Shown here one piece after another: positions 18,383 through 27,186 of a stretch of DNA of 41,426 nt; the stretch's first letter is position 1, and every line of letters begins with the position of its first letter. Below the pieces are notes generated by a model. The model ran no database searches. It was not told the origin of the DNA and worked only from the letters and a program-made list of their open reading frames with translations. Position numbers and translations under genes: made by a program. Source of the DNA: a bacterium (GTDB lineage Bacteria; Babelota; Babeliae; Babelales; RVW-14); NCBI GenBank assembly GCA_043822925.1, contig JBDRBF010000032.1, positions 1 through 41,426 of the forward strand, given 5' to 3'.

Positions 18383-18625
18383 ATTTGTAATAAACATGGA
18401 GGCAATGGGGCGGGCGGATCAATTTGGCCATGTACCAGATCAGCGCGAAGCGCGACGACTTCATCGTGAAGCGATTGTATTCAATCAAGCGGTCAATCAG
18501 GAAATTACCAAAATTCGCCAAACGCCATGGTATGTTTGGATTGAGCATGGCACAGAATTTTGTAGAAGATTTTTGTTGGGTGATTGTGTGGGAAGGATAC
18601 TGCTGATCAGGGTTTTGAAGAATAG

Positions 18626-18727
18626 TGGCTCCCCCTACGGGACTATCTTAGAACTTTTACCTATAATAACTTTATGCCGAAAAGAATCCAAGAAGTTATT
18701 GGATATATCAGCAGTACAGTAGGTTAA
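18626..18727 (+). other. Inner att junction plus start-less recombinase tail WLPLRDYLRTFTYNNFMPKRIQEVIGYISSTVG*
   Basis: TGGCTCCCC-ctacg-GGACT; open in the WLP frame for 33 codons. Confidence 0.82.
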
Positions 18728-18838
18728 CCGATCAAGTTGATAGCCTTTATTCGTGAAGAAACACTGGAAATGATACAATAATTCCTGTTTTACTGAAATT
18801 GTAGCAAACGATTTAAGACGTAAAAAAGGAGTAATATC

Positions 18839-19969
18839 TTGAAACCAGAAGTCCACTTTGCCTTAAATAATTTAGAAGCCATTTATAAACGATTGATCAC
18901 AATTGATGATCCAGACGTTTTTGCAACCGTCTTAAATGAATTTTACATAGAACTGATTACCGTTTCCAGCCTGGAACAAATGACCCTAGAAATCCAACAA
19001 AAACATGAGCTACTTGTATCGACATTACAAAAACCTAAAAAAGACGCACTTGAAGAAATGGAAAAGAGATTTGTAGAGATAAAAGATTTTGTAAAAAAAG
19101 AGAATATAACGAACGTTCTTTTTTTGGAAACTTTGGCTAAATTTCAAGATCCCTCAGAATACGAATCTGGACTTGTCTGGAATAAATTTATTGCCATGAA
19201 TATGATAATGATTACTTTGTATATGATACCCAAAGGGAAAACCTGTATATATGCGATGAAGCCTGCTGAAATGAAAACTGAGGCCGAAAGTGATATTGAA
19301 AGCTTTAAAACAGAATGTTCTTTACCCCAATATTGGACTTGGCATGAAAAAAAATTGGCTCTTTATTCCACCAATGAAATACGTGAGGGTGAAAGCTTAA
19401 AAAAGATTGAAGATTTTTTTAATTGTTATAGTGTAACCCAATACGAAAAGCACAGAAAAGAGAAAATAAAAAAGGGTCAAAATACCAAACTACTGCACAA
19501 ATGTTATCAATCATTCTCGGTAGGGAAATTTTCAGGTATTCCAAAATCTTATTATGATACAGAATTTGAAGCGCCCAGATCTTTTTTGGTGCAGGAATTT
19601 AAGCAACATGCCGGAAGAGTATTTGGGGCTATACAAAAAATCCTACAACCAAAAAATACGATTGAGTTTCACCGTTCTTCTGGGAAATTTAAATATAACA
19701 ACGAAGAAATAAAATTTAAATTAGAAACCCCTTCATGGACTATTTTAGACCTACTGATAACTAGTAGCGGGCCTAAAAAAAATAAAATTTTAAAAAGTGA
19801 AACTGCTCGCTCTGAAATCTTGAAAAAATACGACCAGAGCAAAGATGATCCTGATATATACGAAATTTGTAGAGCAATAAATAAACGAATTGCCAACTCA
19901 TTTGGGTTAACAAATTTTCTCATTTTCGAGAACGAAACAATACGAATCAACCCATCATATCTAGATTAA
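18839..19969 (+). CDS. Hypothetical protein, possible C-terminal winged helix
   Basis: 376-aa ORF, AAGGAG RBS with TTG start; IYEICRAINKRI..FLIFENETIRINP resembles OmpR-like wHTH. Confidence 0.65.
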   Translation: MKPEVHFALNNLEAIYKRLITIDDPDVFATVLNEFYIELITVSSLEQMTLEIQQKHELLVSTLQKPKKDALEEMEKRFVEIKDFVKKENITNVLFLETLAKFQDPSEYESGLVWNKFIAMNMIMITLYMIPKGKTCIYAMKPAEMKTEAESDIESFKTECSLPQYWTWHEKKLALYSTNEIREGESLKKIEDFFNCYSVTQYEKHRKEKIKKGQNTKLLHKCYQSFSVGKFSGIPKSYYDTEFEAPRSFLVQEFKQHAGRVFGAIQKILQPKNTIEFHRSSGKFKYNNEEIKFKLETPSWTILDLLITSSGPKKNKILKSETARSEILKKYDQSKDDPDIYEICRAINKRIANSFGLTNFLIFENETIRINPSYLD

Positions 19970-20067
19970 TTTCGGACCCGCAGGGGCCCGTTCTTGTATT
20001 GGTAACTTTGTATCTGAAATAGAAACAATACGTTTCTATAAGTTATTAACCTTAAAAGGTAACGACT

Positions 20068-20337
20068 ATGCAGAACAAGGTAACCGAAATTCAAATTATA
20101 CCAATCAAGCCAAAAGATGGTTTGATTGGTATCGCAAGTCTTATTTTCGATAACAATTTTTATTTTGGATCGATAGGTATATACACAAGGCCAAACGGCG
20201 GTTTTAGATTAACCTACCCAACCCGTAAAGTTTTTAACCAAAGCCTTCCTGTTTTCCATCCAATTAACAAAGAGATTGCCAGCACAATAGAAAAGGCAGT
20301 AGTGGAAAAGCTTGAACAGGTGATAAATGGCAAATAG
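20068..20337 (+). CDS. SpoVG-family nucleic-acid-binding protein
   Basis: VTEIQI..GLIGIASLIFDN..IGI..LTYPTRK..FHPINKE..IEKAV. Confidence 0.75.
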   Translation: MQNKVTEIQIIPIKPKDGLIGIASLIFDNNFYFGSIGIYTRPNGGFRLTYPTRKVFNQSLPVFHPINKEIASTIEKAVVEKLEQVINGK

Positions 20338-20521
20338 AAAAAATAGTGATCTTCAAAAAAATCATGACGAAGCAACTTGCGCAGACAAAGATTTAAAGGA
20401 TCATTATCAACCCGTTATCAATTTTTTTGCCTTATTGCTGGAATGGGAGAAGGAAGAAGTACATGAAAAAAATAGAAAAAGTAAAAAAGTTTCGACGCCA
20501 TCACAATACGAGAATCATTAA
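20327..20521 (+). CDS. Small hypothetical protein of the integrative element
   Basis: Overlaps both neighbours in operon fashion; amphipathic VINFFALLLEWEK. Confidence 0.5.
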   Translation: MANRKNSDLQKNHDEATCADKDLKDHYQPVINFFALLLEWEKEEVHEKNRKSKKVSTPSQYENH

Positions 20522-20969
20522 ACATAAGCAGACATACTCAACAGAAGAAATATCACTTCTACTTAACGTTCATCCACAAACAGTTGGCACTTGGCATAAA
20601 TCAGGTCTCAAAAAAATCGACAATAACCAGCCCTATTTGGTTTTTGGACAAGATTTAATCAATTTTATTAACTCAAAAAATAATAGCAGAAAACATCCCT
20701 GCGCTCCGAATGAATTATTTTGCTGCAAATGCCAGAGACCGAGTAAGCCACGAGACAATAGTGTTTGTATCAACGTAACCAGAGCCAGAACCAACATTCT
20801 AGGGTCTTGTGAGACATGTGGCACCAAAATTAATAAAACCATACCTCCCCTTAAAATCAATTCGTACAAGAAAATTTTCATTGTACAAACGGTACACGAA
20901 GAAGATTTAATAGAATGTGCCAACACCTCCGCTATCGCTATTAAAAACAAGAAGGAAATACGTGGCTAA
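20463..20969 (+). CDS. Excisionase/MerR-like HTH protein with Cys4 zinc ribbon
   Basis: YSTEEISLLLNVHPQTVGTW..GL; CCKC...CETC; coupled to the tyrosine recombinase. Confidence 0.75.
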   Translation: MKKIEKVKKFRRHHNTRIIKHKQTYSTEEISLLLNVHPQTVGTWHKSGLKKIDNNQPYLVFGQDLINFINSKNNSRKHPCAPNELFCCKCQRPSKPRDNSVCINVTRARTNILGSCETCGTKINKTIPPLKINSYKKIFIVQTVHEEDLIECANTSAIAIKNKKEIRG

Positions 20970-22056
20970 TTGTAACCCTGAGAACGAGCGAATTAAACGA
21001 CAATATTTTGAATGGGAAAAAGAGGCAAATGGAAAGAGCTTATCTACCGTTAATAACATGCGCAATAACATATATTTGTTTGATGAATTTACAAAATTTA
21101 AAAGCTTTAAACATCTTACCAAAGAAGACGTCATTGCATTTAAAAAATATATCACTCAAAAGAAAAACCAACGAACCAATGAACCTGTAAGTAAAACATA
21201 TTTGCTTCATGTCTCAAAAAGTTTAATCGGTCTTTTTAGGTGGCTTTGTTGTCAGAAAGGATATAAACAAAAGATTCGCCCGGACGATATAAACTACTTT
21301 AAGCTATCAGACAAAGATATTCAAATTGCTAAATCAGCCGCTACGAAGCGGGTTCCAACATTAAATCAACTTGAACTTGTGGTCAAAGGCATGCCATCTG
21401 AAACAGAAATTCAGAAAAGAGATAAAGCCGTATTTGCATTACTTATTCTGACTGGTTGTAGAGTGAAAGCTTTATCATCGCTAAAATTAAAGCATATTTC
21501 TATTGAAGATGAACGTATTGAACAACATCCCCAGGAGGTACAAACAAAATTTGGCAAAAAAATAATTACTTTTTTCTTCCCAATTGAAGGTTGTTTTAAA
21601 AAAATAGTTATAGATTGGGTAATTTTTTTAAAAAATGAAAAGCACTTTGATTACAATGCGCCACTATTTCCAAGCACCAGCCTAACACTTGATAAAAATG
21701 ATCAATTTAGTCGAGAAACACTAGATGTTAAATCATGGCAATCTACAACCTCAATAAGAAACATTGTTAAGCGGGCATTTGAGGCTGCCGGATTACCTTA
21801 CTATAATCCACACTCATTCAGAGACACGTTGGTTAGACATATGTCAAAATTATGCAAATCGCCAGAAGAATTTAAAGCTGTAAGCCAAAATATAGGGCAT
21901 AACAATCCATTAACAACATTTACCAGTTATGGACACATTGAAGAATATAATCAGGGTGAAATAATTAAAAAGCTTGGGCAGGACAAAGAGCAGAATTCTT
22001 TTACAACCAAAGAGATTTCTGAGTTAAAAAAAATGTTGGAACAAAAAAACAGCTAA
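20962..22056 (+). CDS. Tyrosine recombinase/integrase
   Basis: GTG start after AAGAAGGA; LTGCR, TKFGK, HSFR, NIGH..TT..SY catalytic set. Confidence 0.9.
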   Translation: MANCNPENERIKRQYFEWEKEANGKSLSTVNNMRNNIYLFDEFTKFKSFKHLTKEDVIAFKKYITQKKNQRTNEPVSKTYLLHVSKSLIGLFRWLCCQKGYKQKIRPDDINYFKLSDKDIQIAKSAATKRVPTLNQLELVVKGMPSETEIQKRDKAVFALLILTGCRVKALSSLKLKHISIEDERIEQHPQEVQTKFGKKIITFFFPIEGCFKKIVIDWVIFLKNEKHFDYNAPLFPSTSLTLDKNDQFSRETLDVKSWQSTTSIRNIVKRAFEAAGLPYYNPHSFRDTLVRHMSKLCKSPEEFKAVSQNIGHNNPLTTFTSYGHIEEYNQGEIIKKLGQDKEQNSFTTKEISELKKMLEQKNS

Positions 22057-22435
22057 CGCTGGTTATTAAACATCTATACCGCTAGATTTACAGATTTTAC
22101 AAATCAAGCCTATTTCAGATTGAGGCATTTAACATTGATTGTTTGACGTCAGTAACATCAAAGTGAGAGTCAGACAGGTAATGTTAACCAATTAAATTTT
22201 AGAAATATGCTTGATTTTTACCAGAATAAACCAATTTTATTTCAAACTTAAAGACGTATTATCTTGAAGCGACTTAATTATTTCATTTGTAATTAATTAC
22301 CACGATTCAACCCCACCCCATTTGTTAAAGGCGGCTATATAGGGCAGACTTTATATATGAGCTTGATCTAAGCGAGATCAGCCTATCAATTTGGGGATAA
22401 TAGTGTTTCAAAATATTAAATGGGGGCAGAAGCAC

Positions 22436-23830
22436 ATGAAAATTGAATTATTGGGTGGCAAGAACGAGATTGGTGGAAATAAAATACTTGTGGAACACAA
22501 GGGAACAAGAATTCTCTTGGACTTTGGAATGAGTTTTGGGCAATCTGCAAATTTCTTTTCAGAATTTCTTCAACCACGAAAATGTGCTGCTCTTAGCGAC
22601 TTCTTTGAATTAGGGCTTTTGCCTGATATCAAAGGAATTTACCGCAATGATTATTTGAAGCACATGGAAAGGCAAGCAGAGCAAAGAGCCATTGATGCCG
22701 TCTTATTAACACACGCTCATGCTGATCATGCGCAATATATTCATTTCCTTAGGTTCGATATCCCTATATTTTGCACTAAAGCTACGAAAATAATTTTGCA
22801 AACATTGGAAGAAACTGGCAGTAATTCTTGTTCAGATCTTATTACCACATGTGAAGCATTTTCTTTTTATGTAAATAAAAAAGGTGAAAATAGTAGGATA
22901 ACTCGCAAACAAACCGAATACGTCTATTCTAGGGATTACAAAATAATGCAATCTAATGAAAAGGTGCAAATAGGTTCTTTAGAGATTGAAATGGTTGCTG
23001 TTGATCATTCTTTACCAGGTGCTTGCGGATTTATCCTTTATAGCGATGAAGGTAACCTAGTTTATACTGGTGATATTCGTTTTCATGGTTCTCATAGCAA
23101 ATTAAGCAAAAACTTTGTAGAAAAAGCTAGGTCTGTTAAACCAACATGGTTGATTGTAGAGGGGACAAGAATAGATCAAGAAGAAGTACATAGTGAACAT
23201 GAAGTAAAACAAGAAATTACATCACTTATAGAAAAAGCCCAAAATATTGTTTTTGTTGAATTTCCAATACGAGATTTAGATAGAACAAATACAATATACC
23301 AAGCTGCCATAGCTAATAATCGAAAATTTGTTGTAAATCTTAAACTTGCGTATCTCATTGATGCTCTTGGTGATTTGTGTCCATTTAGTTTAGATAATGT
23401 ACAAATACTTGTTCCTAAAAAAAGTTGGGGACTTATTTCTAAGCAGGGAATAGAGCGAAAACAAGTAGAACAAGATTACGATACTTGGGAAAGAAATTAC
23501 ATTTTCCGAAATAATTGCATTACTTATGAAGAGCTTTGCAAAAATCCACAAAAATATGTTGTCACAATGGGTATGTGGGAAATTAATCAACTTACGGATA
23601 TTAAACCCAAAGACGCAATCTGGATAAAATCTTCTTGCGAACCTTTTTGTGAAGAAATGGAGCTTGACGAGGCGCGAAAGAAAAATTGGTTAAACCATTT
23701 TAAGATCCAAGAATTTTTTGCACATGCATCAGGACATGCTTCAGGAAATGAAATTCGAAATATGATAAAAGAAATCAATCCACAAGTGATAATCCCTATT
23801 CATACAGAACATTCAGAAATGTTCGAATGA
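22436..23830 (+). CDS. MBL-fold beta-CASP nuclease (RNase J-like)
   Basis: EIGGN, LDFG, THAHADH, VDHS, YTGD, EGT, HASGHA, PIHTEH. Confidence 0.85.
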   Translation: MKIELLGGKNEIGGNKILVEHKGTRILLDFGMSFGQSANFFSEFLQPRKCAALSDFFELGLLPDIKGIYRNDYLKHMERQAEQRAIDAVLLTHAHADHAQYIHFLRFDIPIFCTKATKIILQTLEETGSNSCSDLITTCEAFSFYVNKKGENSRITRKQTEYVYSRDYKIMQSNEKVQIGSLEIEMVAVDHSLPGACGFILYSDEGNLVYTGDIRFHGSHSKLSKNFVEKARSVKPTWLIVEGTRIDQEEVHSEHEVKQEITSLIEKAQNIVFVEFPIRDLDRTNTIYQAAIANNRKFVVNLKLAYLIDALGDLCPFSLDNVQILVPKKSWGLISKQGIERKQVEQDYDTWERNYIFRNNCITYEELCKNPQKYVVTMGMWEINQLTDIKPKDAIWIKSSCEPFCEEMELDEARKKNWLNHFKIQEFFAHASGHASGNEIRNMIKEINPQVIIPIHTEHSEMFE

Positions 23831-23978
23831 GGCGTTGAGCGACCATCTGCATGGGTGGCACGGTAAAAGCGGCGAAATCAGCAAGACGACATGTAGACCA
23901 AGAACTAACGTTGTAAGTGGGTACTGACGTGGTGGAACTTGGGTTAATTCGTACGCAAGAAGTTAAAAAAGATAGGGA

Positions 23979-24617
23979 GTGATTGTCTTGGAAAAACAGA
24001 ACAAATTGTGTGGGCATCTTTCCCGTAGCGATGTCAGGATTTTAATGCTCAGAATAGCAAGTCTTCCAGAAGAGCAATGTTGGCACCTAACAGATGCGCT
24101 TATAATTTATACGTTATTAAACGAGAATAGTGAATGCTACGAGCAGATTCCTGTTGCTTATAATAAATTAACCCGCAAACAAAAATCCGTTTTTATGGTA
24201 ACTTTTGATGAATATAGAGAAGTTGCTCGCGGCAATGGCTTCCTAGTTAAATATGACTCCATCAGAAGAAAAATGGAAACTAACGCCGAAAGAACATGGC
24301 GTTTGATTTTACTCTATGCCGTTTTTGCGTGTGGAAGCTATCTGTTTATTTTTAATGACTATAAGTCGCTTGTTCCAAAACTAGTTGGAATTATATTTTT
24401 TGTTTTTTATTTGAGTAAAGAGCTTGATTTGAAAATTAAATCTTATCTGCAAGAGACCTTGCTGTTGAGTGATTTTATTCGCTCTTGCAACAATAAACAA
24501 CGTGTAGTTAAAAATATAGAATGGGCTACACAAGTTTTAAGAGAAGCTGGCCTTATAGATGACAATGGACGGAGAAAAGAGAAAGAAGGAGACGATACTT
24601 TTAATTTTTACGTGTAA
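23979..24617 (+). CDS. Hypothetical two-TM membrane protein
   Basis: 212-aa ORF with two hydrophobic segments. Confidence 0.55.
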   Translation: MIVLEKQNKLCGHLSRSDVRILMLRIASLPEEQCWHLTDALIIYTLLNENSECYEQIPVAYNKLTRKQKSVFMVTFDEYREVARGNGFLVKYDSIRRKMETNAERTWRLILLYAVFACGSYLFIFNDYKSLVPKLVGIIFFVFYLSKELDLKIKSYLQETLLLSDFIRSCNNKQRVVKNIEWATQVLREAGLIDDNGRRKEKEGDDTFNFYV

Positions 24618-24883
24618 ACAGGTTCATCTCGCCAAATAGTATCTTCAGCTTTCGCCATTCTGTCGGCATTTTCAGCAACGATAAGAAGCTCTTCTTGAGA
24701 AACCAAATCTCTCATATCGATAACTTTTTTCTCAAGCTTTCTTTGAGCAAAAACTATTTTTTTTTGCACCCTCTTCTTCCAATTAAACCACGCATTTTTC
24801 AAGGCGATCTTCTTAAAGCCTTTCACGACTAAAACTCGCGCTGCTTGTTTTCTGTCGCCAGATTTGGCAGAGCCCAAAAGCAT
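24608..24883 (-). CDS. Hypothetical protein
   Basis: 91-aa ORF filling a gap; no motif. Confidence 0.3.
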   Translation of the reverse strand: MLLGSAKSGDRKQAARVLVVKGFKKIALKNAWFNWKKRVQKKIVFAQRKLEKKVIDMRDLVSQEELLIVAENADRMAKAEDTIWRDEPVYT

Positions 24884-24984
24884 GAAACGCAGGATACTTA
24901 ATAATCCTTATTTCCTTATTTCTTTATATATGGTATAGTCAACCAAAATAACGCCCTCAGAATAACATTTCTCAAAGGAGAACG

Positions 24985-25194
24985 ATGAAAAAGAAAACAG
25001 AAATTACGCTCTCACGCATTACTTTGGATGTCCCAGAGGAAACTCATAAAAAACTTAAAATGATGGCGGCTATCCTGGGTAAAAGCATGCGTGACATTAT
25101 TATCGAGGCGATAGAGGAGCACCTTCATGGCGTTAATTCGCCAAATAAAGATGTAATTAGGGCTATTAAAGTTGCAACCAAAGATAAAAGCTAA
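24985..25194 (+). CDS. Ribbon-helix-helix (CopG/ParG/antitoxin-like) protein
   Basis: RITLDVPEETHKKLKMMAAILGKSMRDIIIEAI; AAGGAG RBS. Confidence 0.8.
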   Translation: MKKKTEITLSRITLDVPEETHKKLKMMAAILGKSMRDIIIEAIEEHLHGVNSPNKDVIRAIKVATKDKS

Positions 25195-25206
25195 TAAGAA
25201 ACAAAA

Positions 25207-26703
25207 ATGAACAAAGCAGTCATCTATGCACGTGTATCGTCCAAAGAGCAAGAAGTAGAAGGCTATTCTATTCCAGCCCAAATAAAATTGCTCAAAGAAT
25301 ATGCCGTCAAAAACAATCTTTCAATTGTTGGTGAATTTATTGACACAGAAACCGCAAAAAAGGCTGGCCGAACTCAATTTACCAGCATGCTCAAATTTTT
25401 AGCAGAAAACAAAACAACGAAAAACCTTTTAGTTGAAAAGACAGACCGCCTACTGCGCAATATCACAGATTATGCCACCATAGACAGGTTAATGGAGCAC
25501 TCAGATATTACTGTTCACTTAGTCAAAGAGAATACATCTTTATACAGAGATTCAAAAACAAACGAAAAGATGTTCTTTGGTTTTAAAGCTGTAATGGCAA
25601 AAGGTTACATTGATAATCTGTCTGACGAAACCAAAAAGGGAATGTTGGAAAAAGCTGAGCAAGGCATATATCCATCAGTAGCTCCTTATGGCTACACAAA
25701 TGAAGCAGAAAAAGATCGAAGAGTAATAAAAGTAGACACTAACGCAGCTCACTTCATAAAAAGAGCGTTTGATTTGTACTTAACCGGAAATTATTCTCTT
25801 AAAACATTGCGAACAGCTCTCTTAGCAGAAGGCATGATATACAGAAACGGTAAAAACTTCCATACAAGCACGCTGGAAATAATTCTCAAGAATGAATTTT
25901 ATACGGGCGCCTTTTACTGGAAGGGCAAAAAATATGAAAACGCATCACATGAACCAATTATCAGCAAAGAATTGTTCAAACGAACACAGGATATTCTCAT
26001 GAAGCCAACCAAAAGCAAATCTCGAAAAGGACTCTTCCCTTACACCAATCTAATCAAATGTGGAGATTGTGGGTGTTTTTTCACCGCTGAGATAAAAAAG
26101 GGCAAGTACATTTACTATCATTGCTCTGGAAGCAAAGGAAAATGCAAACAACCATACATCAAGCAAGAAGTCATTGAAGCAGAGATTGAGAAGATGCTCG
26201 ATAGCATTCATATAACAGAAGAGCAACAAAACCTAATAATACAAAGCCTACGTGAAAGTTTTCAGGATAAAATCGAATTTCACAAAGAAACCGTACAATA
26301 TATCGAGAAGCAGATAAAAGTGCTCCAAAATCGCATAGATCAAACATATATAGATAAGGTAGACGGAAAGATCAGCCAGGAATTTTGGTTTCAGTATAAC
26401 GCTAAGTGGTTGTCCGAAAAAGAAGATCTAACCTCAAAACTCTTAAACGCTCAAAAAGCTGACACATCATTCGTGGAGAACGCGAATTTAATCTTAGAAC
26501 TCGCCAGAAAGGCCTATGGGTTGTTTAAAGTACGAAATGCCGATGAAAAACGTAAACTTGTGAACCTGATAACATCGAACTGCGTTTATAAAGATGGGAA
26601 ACTCGATCTGGAGCTGGCTAAGCCATTTGATATGATCATGGAAACGAGGAAAACTGGAAAATGGCTCCCCGAGCTGGACTCGAACCAGCGACCTAACGAT
26701 TAA
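25207..26703 (+). CDS. Large serine recombinase (resolvase, recombinase, Zn ribbon and coiled-coil domains)
   Basis: YARVSS, DRLLRN, APYGY, CGDCG..YYHC..C; the last 13 aa (WLPELDSNQRPND) are tRNA antisense. Confidence 0.95.
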   Translation: MNKAVIYARVSSKEQEVEGYSIPAQIKLLKEYAVKNNLSIVGEFIDTETAKKAGRTQFTSMLKFLAENKTTKNLLVEKTDRLLRNITDYATIDRLMEHSDITVHLVKENTSLYRDSKTNEKMFFGFKAVMAKGYIDNLSDETKKGMLEKAEQGIYPSVAPYGYTNEAEKDRRVIKVDTNAAHFIKRAFDLYLTGNYSLKTLRTALLAEGMIYRNGKNFHTSTLEIILKNEFYTGAFYWKGKKYENASHEPIISKELFKRTQDILMKPTKSKSRKGLFPYTNLIKCGDCGCFFTAEIKKGKYIYYHCSGSKGKCKQPYIKQEVIEAEIEKMLDSIHITEEQQNLIIQSLRESFQDKIEFHKETVQYIEKQIKVLQNRIDQTYIDKVDGKISQEFWFQYNAKWLSEKEDLTSKLLNAQKADTSFVENANLILELARKAYGLFKVRNADEKRKLVNLITSNCVYKDGKLDLELAKPFDMIMETRKTGKWLPELDSNQRPND

Positions 26704-26737
26704 CAGTCGTGTGCTCTACCAACTGAGCTATCGGGGA
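26662..26737 (-). tRNA. tRNA-Asn (GTT)
   Basis: TCCCCGATAGCTCAGTTGGTAGAGC..CTGTTAA..GGTTCGAGTCC..GGGGAGCCA, 76 nt with encoded CCA. Confidence 0.96.
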
Positions 26738-26751
26738 GTGATTTCAAATTA

Positions 26752-26828
26752 TGGTGGGCGAAACAGGATTCGAACCTGTGACCCCCTGCTTGTAAGGCAG
26801 GTGCTCTAACCAGCTGAGCTATTCGCCC
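26752..26828 (-). tRNA. tRNA-Val (TAC)
   Basis: GGGCGAATAGCTCAGCTGGTTAGAGC..CTTACAA..GGTTCGAATCC..TTCGCCCACCA. Confidence 0.96.
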
Positions 26829-26886
26829 CATTCAAGAGGTGCCTAAAAGATTTATTTCTATTCGTATCGGCCTCTAGACCGTCAAA

Positions 26887-26915
26887 AGGTTAAATGATTT
26901 TTTATCTTAAGTCAA
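26887..26915 (-). promoter_or_regulatory. tRNA operon promoter
   Basis: TTGACT-N17-TAACCT on the minus strand. Confidence 0.6.
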
Positions 26916-27031
26916 AAGATTTTTACCCCTTTTTTGGGCTTTTTTTAACAAAATTCAAGAAAAAAACGCATATTTTCACTATTTTCCACACAACACAGTT
27001 TCAGACTAAAACAATTTTCAAACACGAAACC

Positions 27032-27059
27032 TTGACTTAAATTCTATTTGTATTACAAT
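27032..27059 (+). promoter_or_regulatory. sigma70-like promoter with no downstream ORF
   Basis: TTGACT-N16-TACAAT. Confidence 0.55.
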
Positions 27060-27065
27060 TAGTAC

Positions 27066-27184
27066 TCATAAGCAGTAGATCTTAGAGACGATTCAAAAAG
27101 TAATTAAAGCAATCACAACCTCCATCTACTTGTGGTAAGTGTGTTTGGCAAAGGTTTTACCTCTATCAAACACACTATTTTTTT
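27066..27184 (+). ncRNA. Candidate small RNA (~120 nt)
   Basis: Promoter upstream, internal stem agtagat/atctact, terminator agtgtgtttg/caaacacact with a plus-strand T7 run. Confidence 0.4.
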
Positions 27185-27186
27185 GT

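Larger units (their letters stand above)
16463..18625. mobile_element. Older integrase-less island/cassette (2163 bp) at tRNA-Asn
   Basis: Bounded by two att junctions; carries an IS remnant and the zf-MYND gene. Confidence 0.65.
18626..26670. mobile_element. Integrative element (predicted circle 8036 bp) inserted in tRNA-Asn by a large serine recombinase
   Basis: TGGCTCCCC core at both ends; recombinase overlaps the tRNA; SpoVG, HTH, tyrosine recombinase cargo. Confidence 0.85.

Noticed and set aside
18396-18722. 108-aa and 60-aa ORFs
   Set aside because: No motifs; the longer one crosses the att junction in a different frame from the conserved tail.
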